A DNA stretch of 64,000 bases, from the NCBI RefSeq assembly GCF_016432865.1, contig NC_067398.1, forward strand, positions 691,982,001-692,046,000, written 5' to 3'. Positions 48,296 through 61,162 of the stretch are shown piece by piece (the stretch's first letter is position 1; every line of letters starts with the position of its first letter). Both the position numbers and the translations under genes were made by a program. Under the pieces are notes generated by a model. The model saw nothing but the letters and a program-made list of their open reading frames with translations. It was not told the DNA's origin and searched no databases. Origin of the DNA: Antechinus flavipes. Taxonomy: Eukaryota.

Positions 48296-50411
48296 CATGT
48301 ATCTCCCAGGGTTATTATGAGGCCCCCATGAGGCAATATGTGTAAAATGCTTTGCAACTATTTGGCATTTGATAAATGCTTGCTTCATCCTCAGTTTCCC
48401 CCTCTGTAAAACAAGATCAGGCCAGAGGATCTCTAAGTCCCTTTCACTTCAAAAATCTCATTCTCTTTAAGCACAAGTGAATCCTTGCCTATGAAGAAGA
48501 AGAATCAGTCAAGCGTAAGACTAAGAAGTGCCCTTGGGCTGAGCAAGGCTGTTTTTACTCTCACCCACCCTGGGAAAGTATGAGCAGTGGAGGTTCCCAC
48601 CCAGGCTCCTCCCAGAAACAGGCCCCACAGCCTTGGGGGGAAACCATATTTAGAAGACAATCTAGGGTTCATTCTGTCTTTATTCAGCAAATGTTTACTG
48701 ACTGTCCACTCATGTGGTAGAAAATCCAAAGGTTAAAGTGGAAAGGACCTTGGAGTAAGGGTCAGAAAAAATCCCACCCATGACACTTACTACTGGCCTG
48801 ACTTTGGACGATTCCCTTTTCTCTGAGTCTGCATCTGTTTCTATAAAAATCAGTGGTTGGGCTAGAGTAGGGTGAGATTCTTCATCTGGAGGCCAGTGAC
48901 TCTTGTTTTAAAATATGTATTTTTTCTGATCATTGCATTTCAAATATAATTGGCTTCCTTGGTGATCTGTATTTTATTCGATGCATTTAAAAACATGATT
49001 CTGAGGAGGGATTCTGAGGCTGCCAGAAGGGTTCATGACACAGAACCTGGGCAGGCAGGTGGCACCAGGCCTGGAGTCAGTAAGAGTCAGATTCAAATCT
49101 GGCCTCAGACTTATGAGTTGTGTGTACCTGAACGAATCATCTCATCTTCTTTGCCTCAGTTTCCTCATCTGTAAAATGTCCCTATCCCTCCCTCACAGTT
49201 TTATGCATTATGTGTCTGTGTCTTCCCAACTGGATCATATGCTTCTCCAAGGCAGATTTTTTGGTATACCCAGGACATCAAAGCCCAATAAATATATGTT
49301 AATGATGATGAGGGAACAAAAAATGAGCCCAGTTGATGGACACCATGTGTCACTGACATAGGACCTTCAGCCAGCCCAGCCCAGCCAGTCTCTGCCTCCC
49401 TCGGTTTTCAATTTCCCTTTCTGAGCAATAGGGGCAACTCTCCCCAGGTTCATTCTCCCAGGATGAGGGGAGGCAGAGGCTGGCCCTGGGGATCAAAGGG
49501 ATGAGAAGTCATGGGAAAGCACAGAAGGCCCAGGAATAACAGAAAAAGCCTGAGCCACAAGACCTGGGCAAATCCTGGAAAGGAGAGTGGAAATTTGGCC
49601 TTGTTGACATGTGAACTTTTTAAACAAAAAAGAGAGAAGAGTCCAGATTTCAAAAGAAAGATGGGACTGAGGGGTGGGGAACAGAAAGCTTCGCTCTGGG
49701 GCAGCTGGCGACCAGGACCCATTGGCAACCAGAACACATGAAAGTCTGTGCTCAGCAAGGCTCCACGTTCCCACAGTTGCTCACGCAAAGGGAGGGGGAA
49801 TCTGTTGCCAGTGGGAAATAAAGAGACAAAGAAAGACTTCTTCTCTGACTGTTAATGTCCTTATGGGACCTAGCATGTCCAAAAATCATTTCTACTATGG
49901 ATACACGTCAATCCGACCTTTTGGTGTTCGCTCCGCCTCCCAAGTCCCTCACCTTGGATCCTGGAAGTGGTGGTGGAGGTGGGGGAAGGGAGACCGCAAC
50001 AACAATAAACAGCTTTATTTGATTAGTGTTTCTATTTTGCCAAATCCTTTACCCGCTTTACCTCCTATAGGAGCATGGTGTTTGGTACATTGAACTTGTA
50101 GTCAAGAAGAGGACAGGGATAGGGACTGGACATACGATTTCACTGATCTAAGATTCTATTGGTTAAGGTCATAGAGTCCAATAAAACACTTATTAGATCA
50201 ATATTTTATCAATTTATAGAGTTGTCTAGAACAATGAGAGATTAAGGATTAAGTGTACCAAAGTGATTCTGGTCTTCTTGACTCCAAAGCCAATTCTCTA
50301 CTATACCATGTTTCCTCTTAATGAATAAAGCATTTATTAAGCATTTCCTATGGGCAAAGCATTGTGCTAAGAATGGAGATACAAATAAAAATGTCAAGCA
50401 ATCCTTGCTCT

Positions 50412-50540
50412 NNNNNNNNNNNNNNNNNNNNNNNNNNNNNNNNNNNNNNNNNNNNNNNNNNNNNNNNNNNNNNNNNNNNNNNNNNNNNNNNNNNNNNNNN
50501 NNNNNNNNNNNNNNNNNNNNNNNNNNNNNNNNNNNNNNNN
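50412..50540. other. Assembly gap
   Basis: Run of N. Confidence 1.
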
Positions 50541-51737
50541 CAATTGAGGTCAAGTGACTTGCCCAGCATCACACTAGTAGTAAGTATCTAAGGCAGCATT
50601 TGAACTCAGGTCCTCCTGATTCCTCAGCCAGGGCTCTAGCATCTAGTTGCCCCCAAGGAGTTCACATACTAAGGGAGAAGATGATACATTGGGAAGCTTT
50701 CAGCTACAAATCAAACAGAAAGATCCCATGGTCTTTAAGGTTCAGAAGCAAAGTAGATAGTCATCCTTCTTCTTTGATTTCACTTCCACTGATAAAATGG
50801 TATTCAAGTCTGATGTGCTACCATTTGATAGGGCCAAGGACTTTGGTGACAAGCTCTTTCTTTCCTAGGTCTTCAGTCCCCATAGCTATCACCCTTGTAG
50901 GAGCAGTCACTAGGATGCATCTCCACAGGGGCCGCTTCCCAGATCCTGGTTTGGAAGCATTCCCATTCCCAAGGCTCCTGGGATTGGGGTCCTGGGTTAT
51001 CCCCATCAGGTCTAAGAGGAGATGGTGGCTTGACATGCCTGACCCATGTCCTGTCTTCAGCTAGGCTGGCTTTTCTGGGTACCAGTTGGCTAACCTTCCT
51101 CCACAGGAGTTGTTTCCTGGGATGATGGCTATAAGGATTGGTGGTCTAGGGAATGTTGCTCCTCCTGGGCTCCTCTGCTTATCTCTTAAATGCACATAGT
51201 AAGCACTTAATAAATATTTATAATTGAATTGTTGTTGGTTAAGGTCATAGAGTCCAATAAAACACTTATTAGGTACCTACTATGTGCCAGGTAATTTGCT
51301 AAGTACTGAGGATACTGCCCTCAAGGAGCTGACAGTCTAATAGAGGAAACAATGTGTATATAATGTACATAAACATTATAATATTAAACATAATTATATA
51401 TTATAATGTTATAATTTTACAAACATATATATCTATATACAAGAGACAGGCAAGGTAAATTGGAGATAATTAACAGTAGCCTTAAGGCAGTTAGGAAAGA
51501 CTTCTTCTAAAAGATGGGATTTTAGCAGAGACCTGAAGGAAGTAGCAGAACTAGGATTAAAACCCAGAACCTCTGGCTTCCGTTCTATATTCCATGGTTT
51601 TGTCCTTACCTCTGCTACTGATTCACAGAAAGACATTCCTTCTCAATTTATCCATCTGTAAAATGGGAATCTTGAAAATGATAGAATTATCTGATTTTAT
51701 ACAGGGAAGGGACTTTAAAAACCATCCAGCCCAGTGA

Positions 51738-52524
51738 ACTTCTCAAGTAAGAGGATGCCCACATGACAATATGGAAAGACAAAGTCCTTCTTGGCAGAGG
51801 AATTCTAGAGAAACTCATCGATGTTTTCAATGTGGAAAAGTTGGACATTTGAGAGCTCATTGTAGAAATGGAGATAGAGTGAGAAGACAGGGTGAGAGAA
51901 AACCCAAAACCCCATGTCCAAAATGTAACCGAGGCTTTCACTGGGCCTCTAAATGTATATTGACCCAGAGGAATGAGAGGCAGGGCCCAGCTCCAAAGTA
52001 TCAATCAAAGGACAGGTGGGGCATGATATCAGCTAAGGTTACACCCAGAGAAACTTTAGAAATTCAGGACTCTGATGTCATCAACCAACAGAAAAGCAAT
52101 CAGGATTACAGTTGGGAAGAATACAGGCCTTTTAAGACAACAAGGCAATATCCAGTGCAAACAGCTCCAATGTAATTACCAGGTGATGAGGAGAAATCCC
52201 AAATTTGGTAAATAGAAGGGAATTAGATAGGTTAACTGCTTGGGGAAGAGGATCTGCTTATATTTCCACAGGTGGAAAAGGAATCAGATGGCTAACAATG
52301 AGACTGTTTCAGTTCTTGAAAAAACAGCAAGAATCATTGGATTCCTTGAGATGAAAAATTGTTGATGAGATTTTTGCAGTACTTCAGGGCTTACAGGAAC
52401 TATTGGATTCCTGGCACATGAACTAATGGACAATGGAATCCTTTTGGACTATTTCTAGGACTTATGGACATGTGTAAATTTTCAGGATGATTCATGTTAT
52501 TTGTTACATTACTACTATTAGCTT
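51738..52524 (+). mobile_element. LTR-less internal fragment of a betaretrovirus-like (ERV2) element: gag NC region followed directly by the integrase C-terminus
   Basis: Two CCHC zinc knuckles in ORF 51771-52175; DRLTAWGRGSAYISTGGKGIRW (52226-52291) matches the betaretroviral IN C-terminal WGRG motif; no pro or RT sequence in between. Confidence 0.85.
51771..52175 (+). pseudogene. gag: Retroviral gag C-terminal (nucleocapsid) ORF, 134 aa
   Basis: CFQCGKVGHLRAHC (51822-51863) and CPKCNRGFHWASKC (51915-51956), both CX2CX4HX4C. The second knuckle resembles betaretroviral CPRCKKGKHWA. Confidence 0.85.
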
Positions 52525-54429
52525 CCAGTGATTCAGAAAATATATGACTGGATGAGGATGAGGATCTTGCAATAATCTCATGCCCACCAGATGGGAATCC
52601 CTGGTCTTTTCCAATTCACTTATTTATAGATAAGGAACCATTCCTCACTCACTAACCTAAAAATCATGCTGAGCCAAAGGTCATCCATCAAAGTTCACCA
52701 ATTTTCAATAGGTCTTTGGTTTTTAAAATGCAGGAAACTTACAGCTGTACCTTGTTCTCCATCCACAAATTTCCCATCTTCTATGATCCTTGTTCATACC
52801 CAGCCCCTCAAATGACTTGTAATCCCATTGATTTAGGAGATCTCTTGACAATCCAAATTGCAGCCCCTCCATCCCTGCCCCAGAGCTGTATTATCCGGGT
52901 GTCACCATGCAAACTTCCTCTGTTCAGTTCTCTGTTTTCCCAGCAGGCTCTTGTTCCATAGGCAGAATCTTCTAAGAAAATCCCACTGCGTGAAGGAACA
53001 CAGTCCTTAAGGAAAATAAAGCCCAGTGAGCTTCTCTTAATAAAAGGCTGCTTCCTGGACCCAAGTTTTGGGGATGTGTAATTGGACAGACATGTCCCTG
53101 TGATCTCTGGGTAATGCTACAACACCAAGGCTGTCTCCCTGTTGTTACCTGCTATATGATGTACCCATCTCTATTTCTTTACATATATGAACTGGACAAT
53201 ATCCTTTATACAAATCTTCATGAGCAGTTCAACACTGTCAATCAACCAAGTCGACGAGCATTTATTAAGCTCTTACCATGGCTAGACACCACTAGGGATA
53301 CATCTATATGTTAAAAGGAAGATGGGTCCTCCCTTCAAGGGGCTTACATTCTAATAGGGAAAGACAACCCATAAAAAGGAGGAGCAAAAACATGAGGCAA
53401 GAAGGGAGTACCCACAGGGCCAGAGTAGTGAAAGTGGGAAAGTCAAATTTGTATCACAAATTGTTCAGCCATTCCTCAGTAGAAAAGCATCGCTTTTGTT
53501 TTCAATTCTCTGCTATCACAAAATGTGGAACTTTGCTCTTTAGCAATGTCCTCCTCAAGGTATATAACTAGTAGTAGTGGCTAGTCCAGAAGGAACTCAC
53601 CAATTTGAGAAGAGGACTGCAGGAACAGAGGGTGAAGGCAGCTATAGTAATGAGCTGGCCATCTACTTATAGCCATCGGGTTAAAAGTTGCATCATTCCT
53701 GCTCCTTAAGGACCACACCATTTTCCTATTCAACTCACTCCTGAAGCTTCCATATAGGTGGACACCTCTATTAGAAAATGAACTCCCTGAGAGCAGATAT
53801 TGTCTGATTTTTTTACTCATATCCCCAATACTTATCATGGACTTCATCTATAGCAAGCACTTAATAAAGGCTTCATTCATTCATTCATGGATCTTTTCAT
53901 TGCCCTTTGCGGTCACCTGCAATTTTGACTTTTCTGAGACTATGGGAAAAGGGATAAATAACTGGCTTGTAATTAGGAAAATGAGTTCAGATCCTGCCTC
54001 AGATACTTCTTGTGTAACTATGGACAAATTACCTCTCTTCTGTCAAATGGGAATCATGAAATAAATTTGTAAGGCTCAAATGGGATGATGTCACTAAAGT
54101 GCCTTATAGACTTAAAAGCACTACTTAAAAGTCAGTTATGAATATTGAATGAATGAAAAAATCATTCATTAAGCACTCTTGTTCGGTTATTTTGGGGTCG
54201 GATCTAATTGTCCGCAATGCCATTTGGGGTTTTCTTGGCAAAGATACTGAAAGGGTTTGCCATTTCCTTCTCCAGTTCATTTTACAAATGAGAAAACTGA
54301 CTTGCCCAGGTTAGGTGATTTGTCCAGGATCACCCCACTAGTAAGTATTTGAGCTCAGGTCTTCCTAATTTTAGGCCTAATGTTCTATGCACTGTACCAC
54401 CTAGCTGCTCTGAAAAAAATCAAATTGTC

Positions 54430-55040
54430 TAGCCATTCCCCCAAAAAAAGGCATTGATTGTTTTCCAATTCTTTGCTATCCCCCCCCAAAAAAAATGCTT
54501 CCATGAAGATTCTGGTGTAGAAGGTGTCTTTATTTTAGCCATATCCTCCTTGAGGCAATGGAATTTCCTAGTAAAAGAACAGGCATTTTTCAGCCAATTG
54601 ATTTGCTGAATTCCAAATTGCTTTCCATCATCATTGCAGTAATTCACAGCCTCACCAACAATGCACTAATGTGCTTACCTTTCTGAAACCCCTCCCACAC
54701 TGATTCCTCATGTCTTTTGTTATCTTTGCCAATTTTCTGGATTTAAAATGAAACTTCAGGGTTGTTTTGATTTGCATTTCTCTTATTATTATTGATTTTG
54801 AGCATTCATTTTATCATGTAGTTGTTAACAGTTTATAATCCTTTTTTTCAGAACCCTTTCTTCATATCCTTTGAATCTTCTCTATCAGAAAATGGCTTTT
54901 GGTCTTATATGTTTCTGTTGGTTTCCCATGCAGCCTGGACACCATATTCTTAAGTGAGAAATTTGACGCAAATATTTTTCCCTATTCAACTTTTTCCTTT
55001 CTTATGATGTGTGCATTAATTTTGATTGTTTGACAGTTTT
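54430..55040 (-). mobile_element. Old L1 ORF2 3' fragment
   Basis: attccaaattgctttcca..cagcctcaccaacaatgcactaatgtgc..tatctttgccaattttctgg..aacttcagggttgttttgatttgcatttctcttatt. Confidence 0.75.
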
Positions 55041-57639
55041 TTCATTTCATGTCTGATGGGGAGCTGGTTCATATATAGACCCCATCCACTTGCTAAGATG
55101 ATGCCTTTATTTGGAGGAAGCTAGTGAGCTAGGAAGAATCATAATGACTGGTGCTTCTGGGGACATTTGGTAACTGGTTTCATTTAGACATCCACATGAC
55201 TGGGAAGAGTCTTTTCCCATTGTCTCTGTAGCTAGAATTGTCAAAGAATTTCAAAATGGCCCAAGTCAGCAGCATCATTTTCTCTGTGCTTCATTTGTGT
55301 CTAAGGGAGTGATTCTGTCACTCATGGGTTCTAGGGCTGGGAATGGAGTCTCAGGTCTTAGGAATGACAAAGGCTAGGAGGGATGAGACATGGAAATCTG
55401 GGAGGGAGAATACTGGCAGATCAGGTTTAAGGGTTTAATACTGGCAGCATTCTAGAATAATAGAATTCTAGATTCTAGAATGATAGCCATTTCCTAGATG
55501 TCTATCAGGAGATCTGCATAGGCTTTTGTGAGGATGGTTGTGAAGAGGAATGCTTCCACTACTTGGCCCTTGCTCTGCTCTTCCCGACCCTGGACCATTC
55601 TGCCAAGGGAATCCAAGATTTAGTAGCATGGGGTCAACAGCAGCATACGGCAGCTTCAGGTTTGCTAGTTTGTAAAATCTGCAGAGTCTGGACTTGCTTT
55701 GTGTTAAAGCACATGGTCAATGGTAGCAGAAACCCAGGCTAAGATGCAATCTTGGCTCTTTCCTCAAGGAGGCAGTTGGGGAGCATGGGAAACAGAATGT
55801 TCAAGTTAAAGTTAAGAAGACCTGAGTTTAAATTCTGCTTCTGAAACTCCCTAACTCTGATACTGTGGACACTTAAACACTGCCTGCCTTGATTTTCTTA
55901 TCTGTAAATGGAAATAAAGGATACATGTGTTCAGGAGCAAGGAAGTTATAGAGGAAGGGACAAAGTAAAATATGGCTGGGGCTTTTCTAAATTAGCATTC
56001 CTAGTCCCCAATCAGGAGAGCAGAGCAGAAGGTACTTTAAGGCATGATCTCGGGTGTGACTGGTGAGGAGATTGAAAAGGCGAGATCACAACCATCATCA
56101 GGAAACTCTTGCTACTAAAGACAGGGAGGTGACACAGTAGAGACAGCAATGGGCCAGGACTCAGGAAATCTGACCTCTGTCTGCCTGTTTTCTCATCTGA
56201 AAAAGGGACATTAGAGGTTAATCATACTCCTCCATTTTATAGATTAGAAAGCTGAATCATAGGGAGATGGGATGATTTTCTAAGGTTAAATAGTAAGTAG
56301 TAGACCCAGGATTTGAACCCAGTTCTGCTGACCAGAGTTCATTTCACTAAAAGTCCCTCCCTAGTTTTCCTGGTCTAGTGGTCCCACCACCTAAAAGATA
56401 ATTACTGTGGGCTAAGTATAAAAATAGTCCCTCTCTCTAACCATTGGAGTAGGAATCATTTTTTAGCCAGTGCTATTCTCCAATGAGTTATCCCCCATAT
56501 TTTGTTTGTGTATAGCTGTTAGATCCTGAATTCCTGAGGACAGGAACCATTTTTTCCTTTCTTTATATCCCCAGGACTTATCACAGGACCTGGCACACAG
56601 TAGGCACTTGATAGATGCTTGCTGGCTTTTTAAAAACTGCTTTCTTCTCTTCTCTGGGCAAGAGAAAATAGCTTATTGCTAATTCCCGGAAGAGAAGGAT
56701 GAACAGATAAATTAAAACATATTCAAACCCTGTCCTTCAACTACTGGCTTTCAGCATTTTAAACACTGAGTCATATTTGACAGGAACTTGGGCCTCCTTC
56801 TGGCTCACACATTCCCAGAAAGAGGAGTCTACTATGTTTTATTTGGAAATTTGAGCGTACTACTTATCCAAGGCTTTGACTCACCTCTTCATTCAAGCCT
56901 TCCATCATCCGGACATAAGGACCCCAGAGACCAGAAGAACTTCATCAATTAGGCCCCAACTCACAAATTTGATCCCAGGGTTGCTGACTCCAAAACCAGA
57001 GCCCTTTTCACTAAAACACACTCTCCTCTTGGTGTCTGGGTTCTCTAAGAATCAAAATCTGTCTTTTGGCAATTTCCATGTGTTTCTCCTTCTATGTCTT
57101 GTGGTACCATCTACAATTTGATAAACACACTTTAAGTCATGACCAACTCTTCATGATACTACTTAAATATTAATTATTAAATATTATATTATAAAATTAA
57201 ATATTAAAATAATTTCTTGGCAAAGATACCAAAGTGGTTTACCATTTCCTTTTCCAGCTCATTTTATAGATGAGGAAACTGAGGCAAACATAGATTTTTT
57301 TTTCCCCTCTAGCTTTGTCTTTCTTCATCTCGTTAGGGCAAAAAATTGCTAAGCCAACATATGACCAAGCAGGTAGCAGGAAATAGCTACCTATGGATAC
57401 CACTGACAAGAATACAAATAAAGTGAGCACTTTCTTCCTTGATGCTGCTTCTAAAGGACATTTACTTCTAGCCCAACTTGTGATCAGATCAGATCAGGCA
57501 AATATCACTGGAGTTTTATGATGTGTCTCTCTTCTCTGCCCCATCTTGTCATTATTCCTGCTATGAATTTTCTAAGTCAGGAGTCAAGGGTAGCATCTGT
57601 GTGAGAGTCCCACAGTGACAACCTACCATTAGATTTTTT

Positions 57640-58045
57640 AATAAATATATTTATAAGCACAAAAGAACATAAACTATATAAATATATTTATAAGCAGAGA
57701 AGAATATAAAGTATATAAAACATATTTATAAACATATGAGAATAAAATGTACATAAAATATATTTATAAGCATAGAAGAATATAAAGTATCTAAAACATT
57801 TATAAGCATAGAAGATACAAGTTATATGATATATACTGATAAGCATAGAAGAATATAAAGTATACAAAATATATTTATAAACAAAGAAGATAAAATGTAC
57901 ATAAAATATATTTATAAGCATAGAAGAATATAAAGTATGTAATATATTAATAAGCATAGAAAAATATAAAGTATAGAAGATAAAATGTATGTAAAATATA
58001 TTTATAAACATATGAGAATAAAATGTATATAAAATATTTTTATAA
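57640..58045. repeat. AT-rich minisatellite, ~38-bp unit, ~11 copies
   Basis: Unit acataaaatatatttataagcatagaagaatataaagt, alternating with a variant ending aaacatatgagaataaaatgt. Confidence 0.9.
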
Positions 58046-58123
58046 ATCTATGAAGTACACAAATGGGCAGCTAGGTAGCCAACCCTGGAGTCAGGAGGAT
58101 CTGAGTTCAAATCTGACCTCAGA

Positions 58124-58335
58124 NNNNNNNNNNNNNNNNNNNNNNNNNNNNNNNNNNNNNNNNNNNNNNNNNNNNNNNNNNNNNNNNNNNNNNNNNNNNN
58201 NNNNNNNNNNNNNNNNNNNNNNNNNNNNNNNNNNNNNNNNNNNNNNNNNNNNNNNNNNNNNNNNNNNNNNNNNNNNNNNNNNNNNNNNNNNNNNNNNNNN
58301 NNNNNNNNNNNNNNNNNNNNNNNNNNNNNNNNNNN
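58124..58335. other. Assembly gap
   Basis: Run of N interrupting a CORE-SINE. Confidence 1.
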
Positions 58336-59199
58336 CTGGACTAAGTAGCTCCTGAGGTCCCTTCCATTCTACACCTATGGTCCCAAAGACACCCCAATAG
58401 AGACTTAAGATTCTTCTTAAAACCCTTGTTGGCTGATTGATACAGATAAGTGGATTTAAAATTAGCTGATTGTTATGACCCAAAGGGGTGACTGGCACAT
58501 AGTGTAGATGCTTAATAAATTTGATGACAACTTAGCATGTAGAATGCTCCATTCATTGCACTGGCCCTTGGGTCTCAAGTTTAAAGTCTAGCATTAAACA
58601 TAGCTATGTAATTCCAATCAAGTCTCTTCACCCCTGTCTAGCTCAGTTTCCTTAACTGTAAAATGGGGATAATAAGAGCATCTGCTTCCCAGTGTGAGGA
58701 ATGAATGAGATAATATCTGAGAAGTGCTTTGTAAACCTTAAAGCATAATTTAAATGATAACTGATTATTATTTCCAAAGGGGTCTGGACTCCAACTCTTT
58801 GGATAACTCTCAGAAGAGAATGTCTTAACTGATTTGAAAATTCCTTTCTTTTTTCCTCAGTTGGAGTTGTGACTTGCCTAGAGTCACACAGCTAGTAAAT
58901 ATCTGAGGTTAAATTTGAATCCAGATCCTAGGACTCTAGGACCAGTATTCAATCCACTGTGCCACTCAGGTGCCCCTTTGGTTTGAGAATTTTAAGGCAG
59001 GAAGCAGGATTGAAGTCAAATTGATTCAATTCATTTAGTAACCAAGAAATTTTTAGTGGAAAGTTATCTCAGGAACCTTCAAATAATAGACAAAATATTA
59101 AATAAACTCAGAATCACGAATACCTGGGTTCAAAACCTGCTAGTTGTGTGACCTTGAATCACTTAAATCTCTCTGTGCCTCAGTTTTCTCCTCTGTAAT

Positions 59200-60250
59200 A
59201 CAAATGGGTTGAAGAGAATGGCCTCTGAAATCCCTCTTGCTCTAGGTCTGTGGCCCATTATTAGTGTCTCAGAATTCCAACCACCAAAAATCCCTACTGC
59301 AACCCCATCATGGACCAGAATTCCCTCTAAAAAGCCTCCGATAAGACACCACTCAGGATCTTCCAAAGAGAGGAACACACCTTCCCCCTTTCTCCCAAGG
59401 AAGCCCATGACAATTAGATTAGCTGTTATTGTTAGACAATTTTTCCTGACATCCAAACCCAAATCTGGCTCTCTATACACTCCAACCAATTGTGCCCTCC
59501 AGAGCCAAGTAATCCTTTAACAGGACCCTCGAGGAGGGCTATCATCCCCTTCCATGTCTTTTCTTCCCCACGCTAAGAATTTCTACTTGTTGAACCTATC
59601 TTTATATACCATGAATTTGGAGGCCTTCATCATTTTCTTTGACCTCCTCTGGACAAACTCCAATTTATATGTCCTGTGGTAAGAGTAGAATGATTCAAAA
59701 TAACAGAAGTGAAAGCCATTGGAAAATTAAAAATACTTCCCTAATGAAATGCATTCTATTTTTTTGTTAGTTTTTCCACACACATTTCCATAGAAGCATT
59801 GTAAGCAGGTTGTATATAGTATATAACCTTCACATACTTGTAAGGACATGGATAAAATGACAAACATATAGAATCACAGAATTCAAGATTTGGAAAGAAC
59901 TTCAAAGGTCAGCTTGTCCCACTCAGACTGAAAAGGGATTCATCCCCATTATCATGTGCCTGATGAGGGTTCATTCAGTCTCTACTGGAAGACCTCTGAG
60001 CAAGGGGAGCTTATCACCTGTCAAAGCCTGGGGACTCACTGTTAGGATATTCTTCCTGTCATCTAGTCTAAATCCATTATCTTCTCTCAATGCTCCTGGT
60101 TTTGATCTCTGGAGCAAGTCTTATTCTCCCCCCCCAAAAAATGATACCCCTTTAAATGAAAACTATCATGTTCCCTTTCCCCACCAAGTCTTCTCCAAGC
60201 TAAACAAACCATAATCTTCCGACTGGTAAAAGCAGAGAGTGGTTAAAAAT
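59200..60250 (-). mobile_element. Two CR1/L3 3' fragments (~59200-59670 and ~59870-60250)
   Basis: ttgttagacaatttttcctgacatccaaacccaaatctg..; ctctactggaagacctctgag..tcttctccaagctaaacaaacc. Confidence 0.6.
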
Positions 60251-60944
60251 GCATTCCAACACAAAAGAAGGCAAAGACAATATACATATGGCTGGAAAAA
60301 ACAATCTAAGAATAACATGAATGGCAGGTTATTTGAAATGAAATATATCAACTAGAATCTGTATATTTAAAATATTTTAATTTTTGATCCATAGATTTTT
60401 TGCCTTTGTTTTCTTTCTTCTGTGAATTGATACTAATTAATTAAAGCCGATATTAAAGGAACAAAAAAAGAGTGGTAGATTTCCTATGAAGAATTCACAA
60501 GAAAACATGGTTAAGAAACATGCAAACTAGAGAGATATGGCCCTTGTCAGTGACAGAAGTAACCATACCAGTGAAATCCCAGATCTCCTCAAAGCACCCA
60601 AACAGAGAATTCATTCTATTTTTCCATTCAAAAGGATCCCCTAGAATTTATTTTTTAACAGTATGGATGTTGGCCAAGTATTATATCAACGTATTATTGG
60701 AATGGAAATCTCCTGGAGATATGGTAAGCGTCTAGAAGCTATGAATTCTTTCCAAAATGTGATAAATCACCAGTTCTCAGAGATGTACTGCTCTCAACTT
60801 CTGTCGTTAAGAAGTCAAATTGTCCAATCCACTCCTGCTGGGAGATAATGCAATCTCCAGCCAAAGAAAACTCTCAGATTAAATGAGGCTTGATTTTCCC
60901 TCTCCTTCAGAAGTCCATTGGCTAACTTCATATATATATATCTC

Positions 60945-61162
60945 AACTGGATGGTGCAATGGATAAAGCACTGACTTGGAGTTAGAGAGACTTAAATAAA
61001 AATGTGACCTCAGATACTTTGTAGATGTGCGACCTTGGGCAAGTCGCTTAACCCTATTTGCCTCAGTTTCCCCATCTGTAAATGAGCTGAAGAAAATAGC
61101 AAACCACTCTAGTAACTGTCAAGAAAACCCCAAATGGGAAAGCCAGACATGACTGAACAACA
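60945..61162 (+). mobile_element. Mar1-type CORE-SINE
   Basis: ggtgcaatggataaagcactg..gcctcagtttccccatctgtaaatgagctgaagaaaatagcaaaccactctagt..aagaaaaccccaaatggg..gacatgactgaacaacaac. Confidence 0.85.

Noticed and set aside
52620-52629. Isolated MEF2-like TTATTTATAG and scattered AP-1 or TATA motifs
   Set aside because: Expected many times by chance in 64 kb of AT-rich DNA.
53620-53770. AmnSINE1/LF-SINE assignment for the ancient repeat
   Set aside because: It does not match the Deu-domain or LF-SINE consensus as I recall them, so it is left unnamed.
57640-58045. CRISPR-like array
   Set aside because: It is a contiguous degenerate tandem repeat without unique spacers, in a eukaryotic context.
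3628-58498. Long ORFs containing X runs (e.g. 3628-4149, 23236-23925, 39608-40363, 45385-46338, 58023-58355)
   Set aside because: They are artefacts of reading through N gaps.
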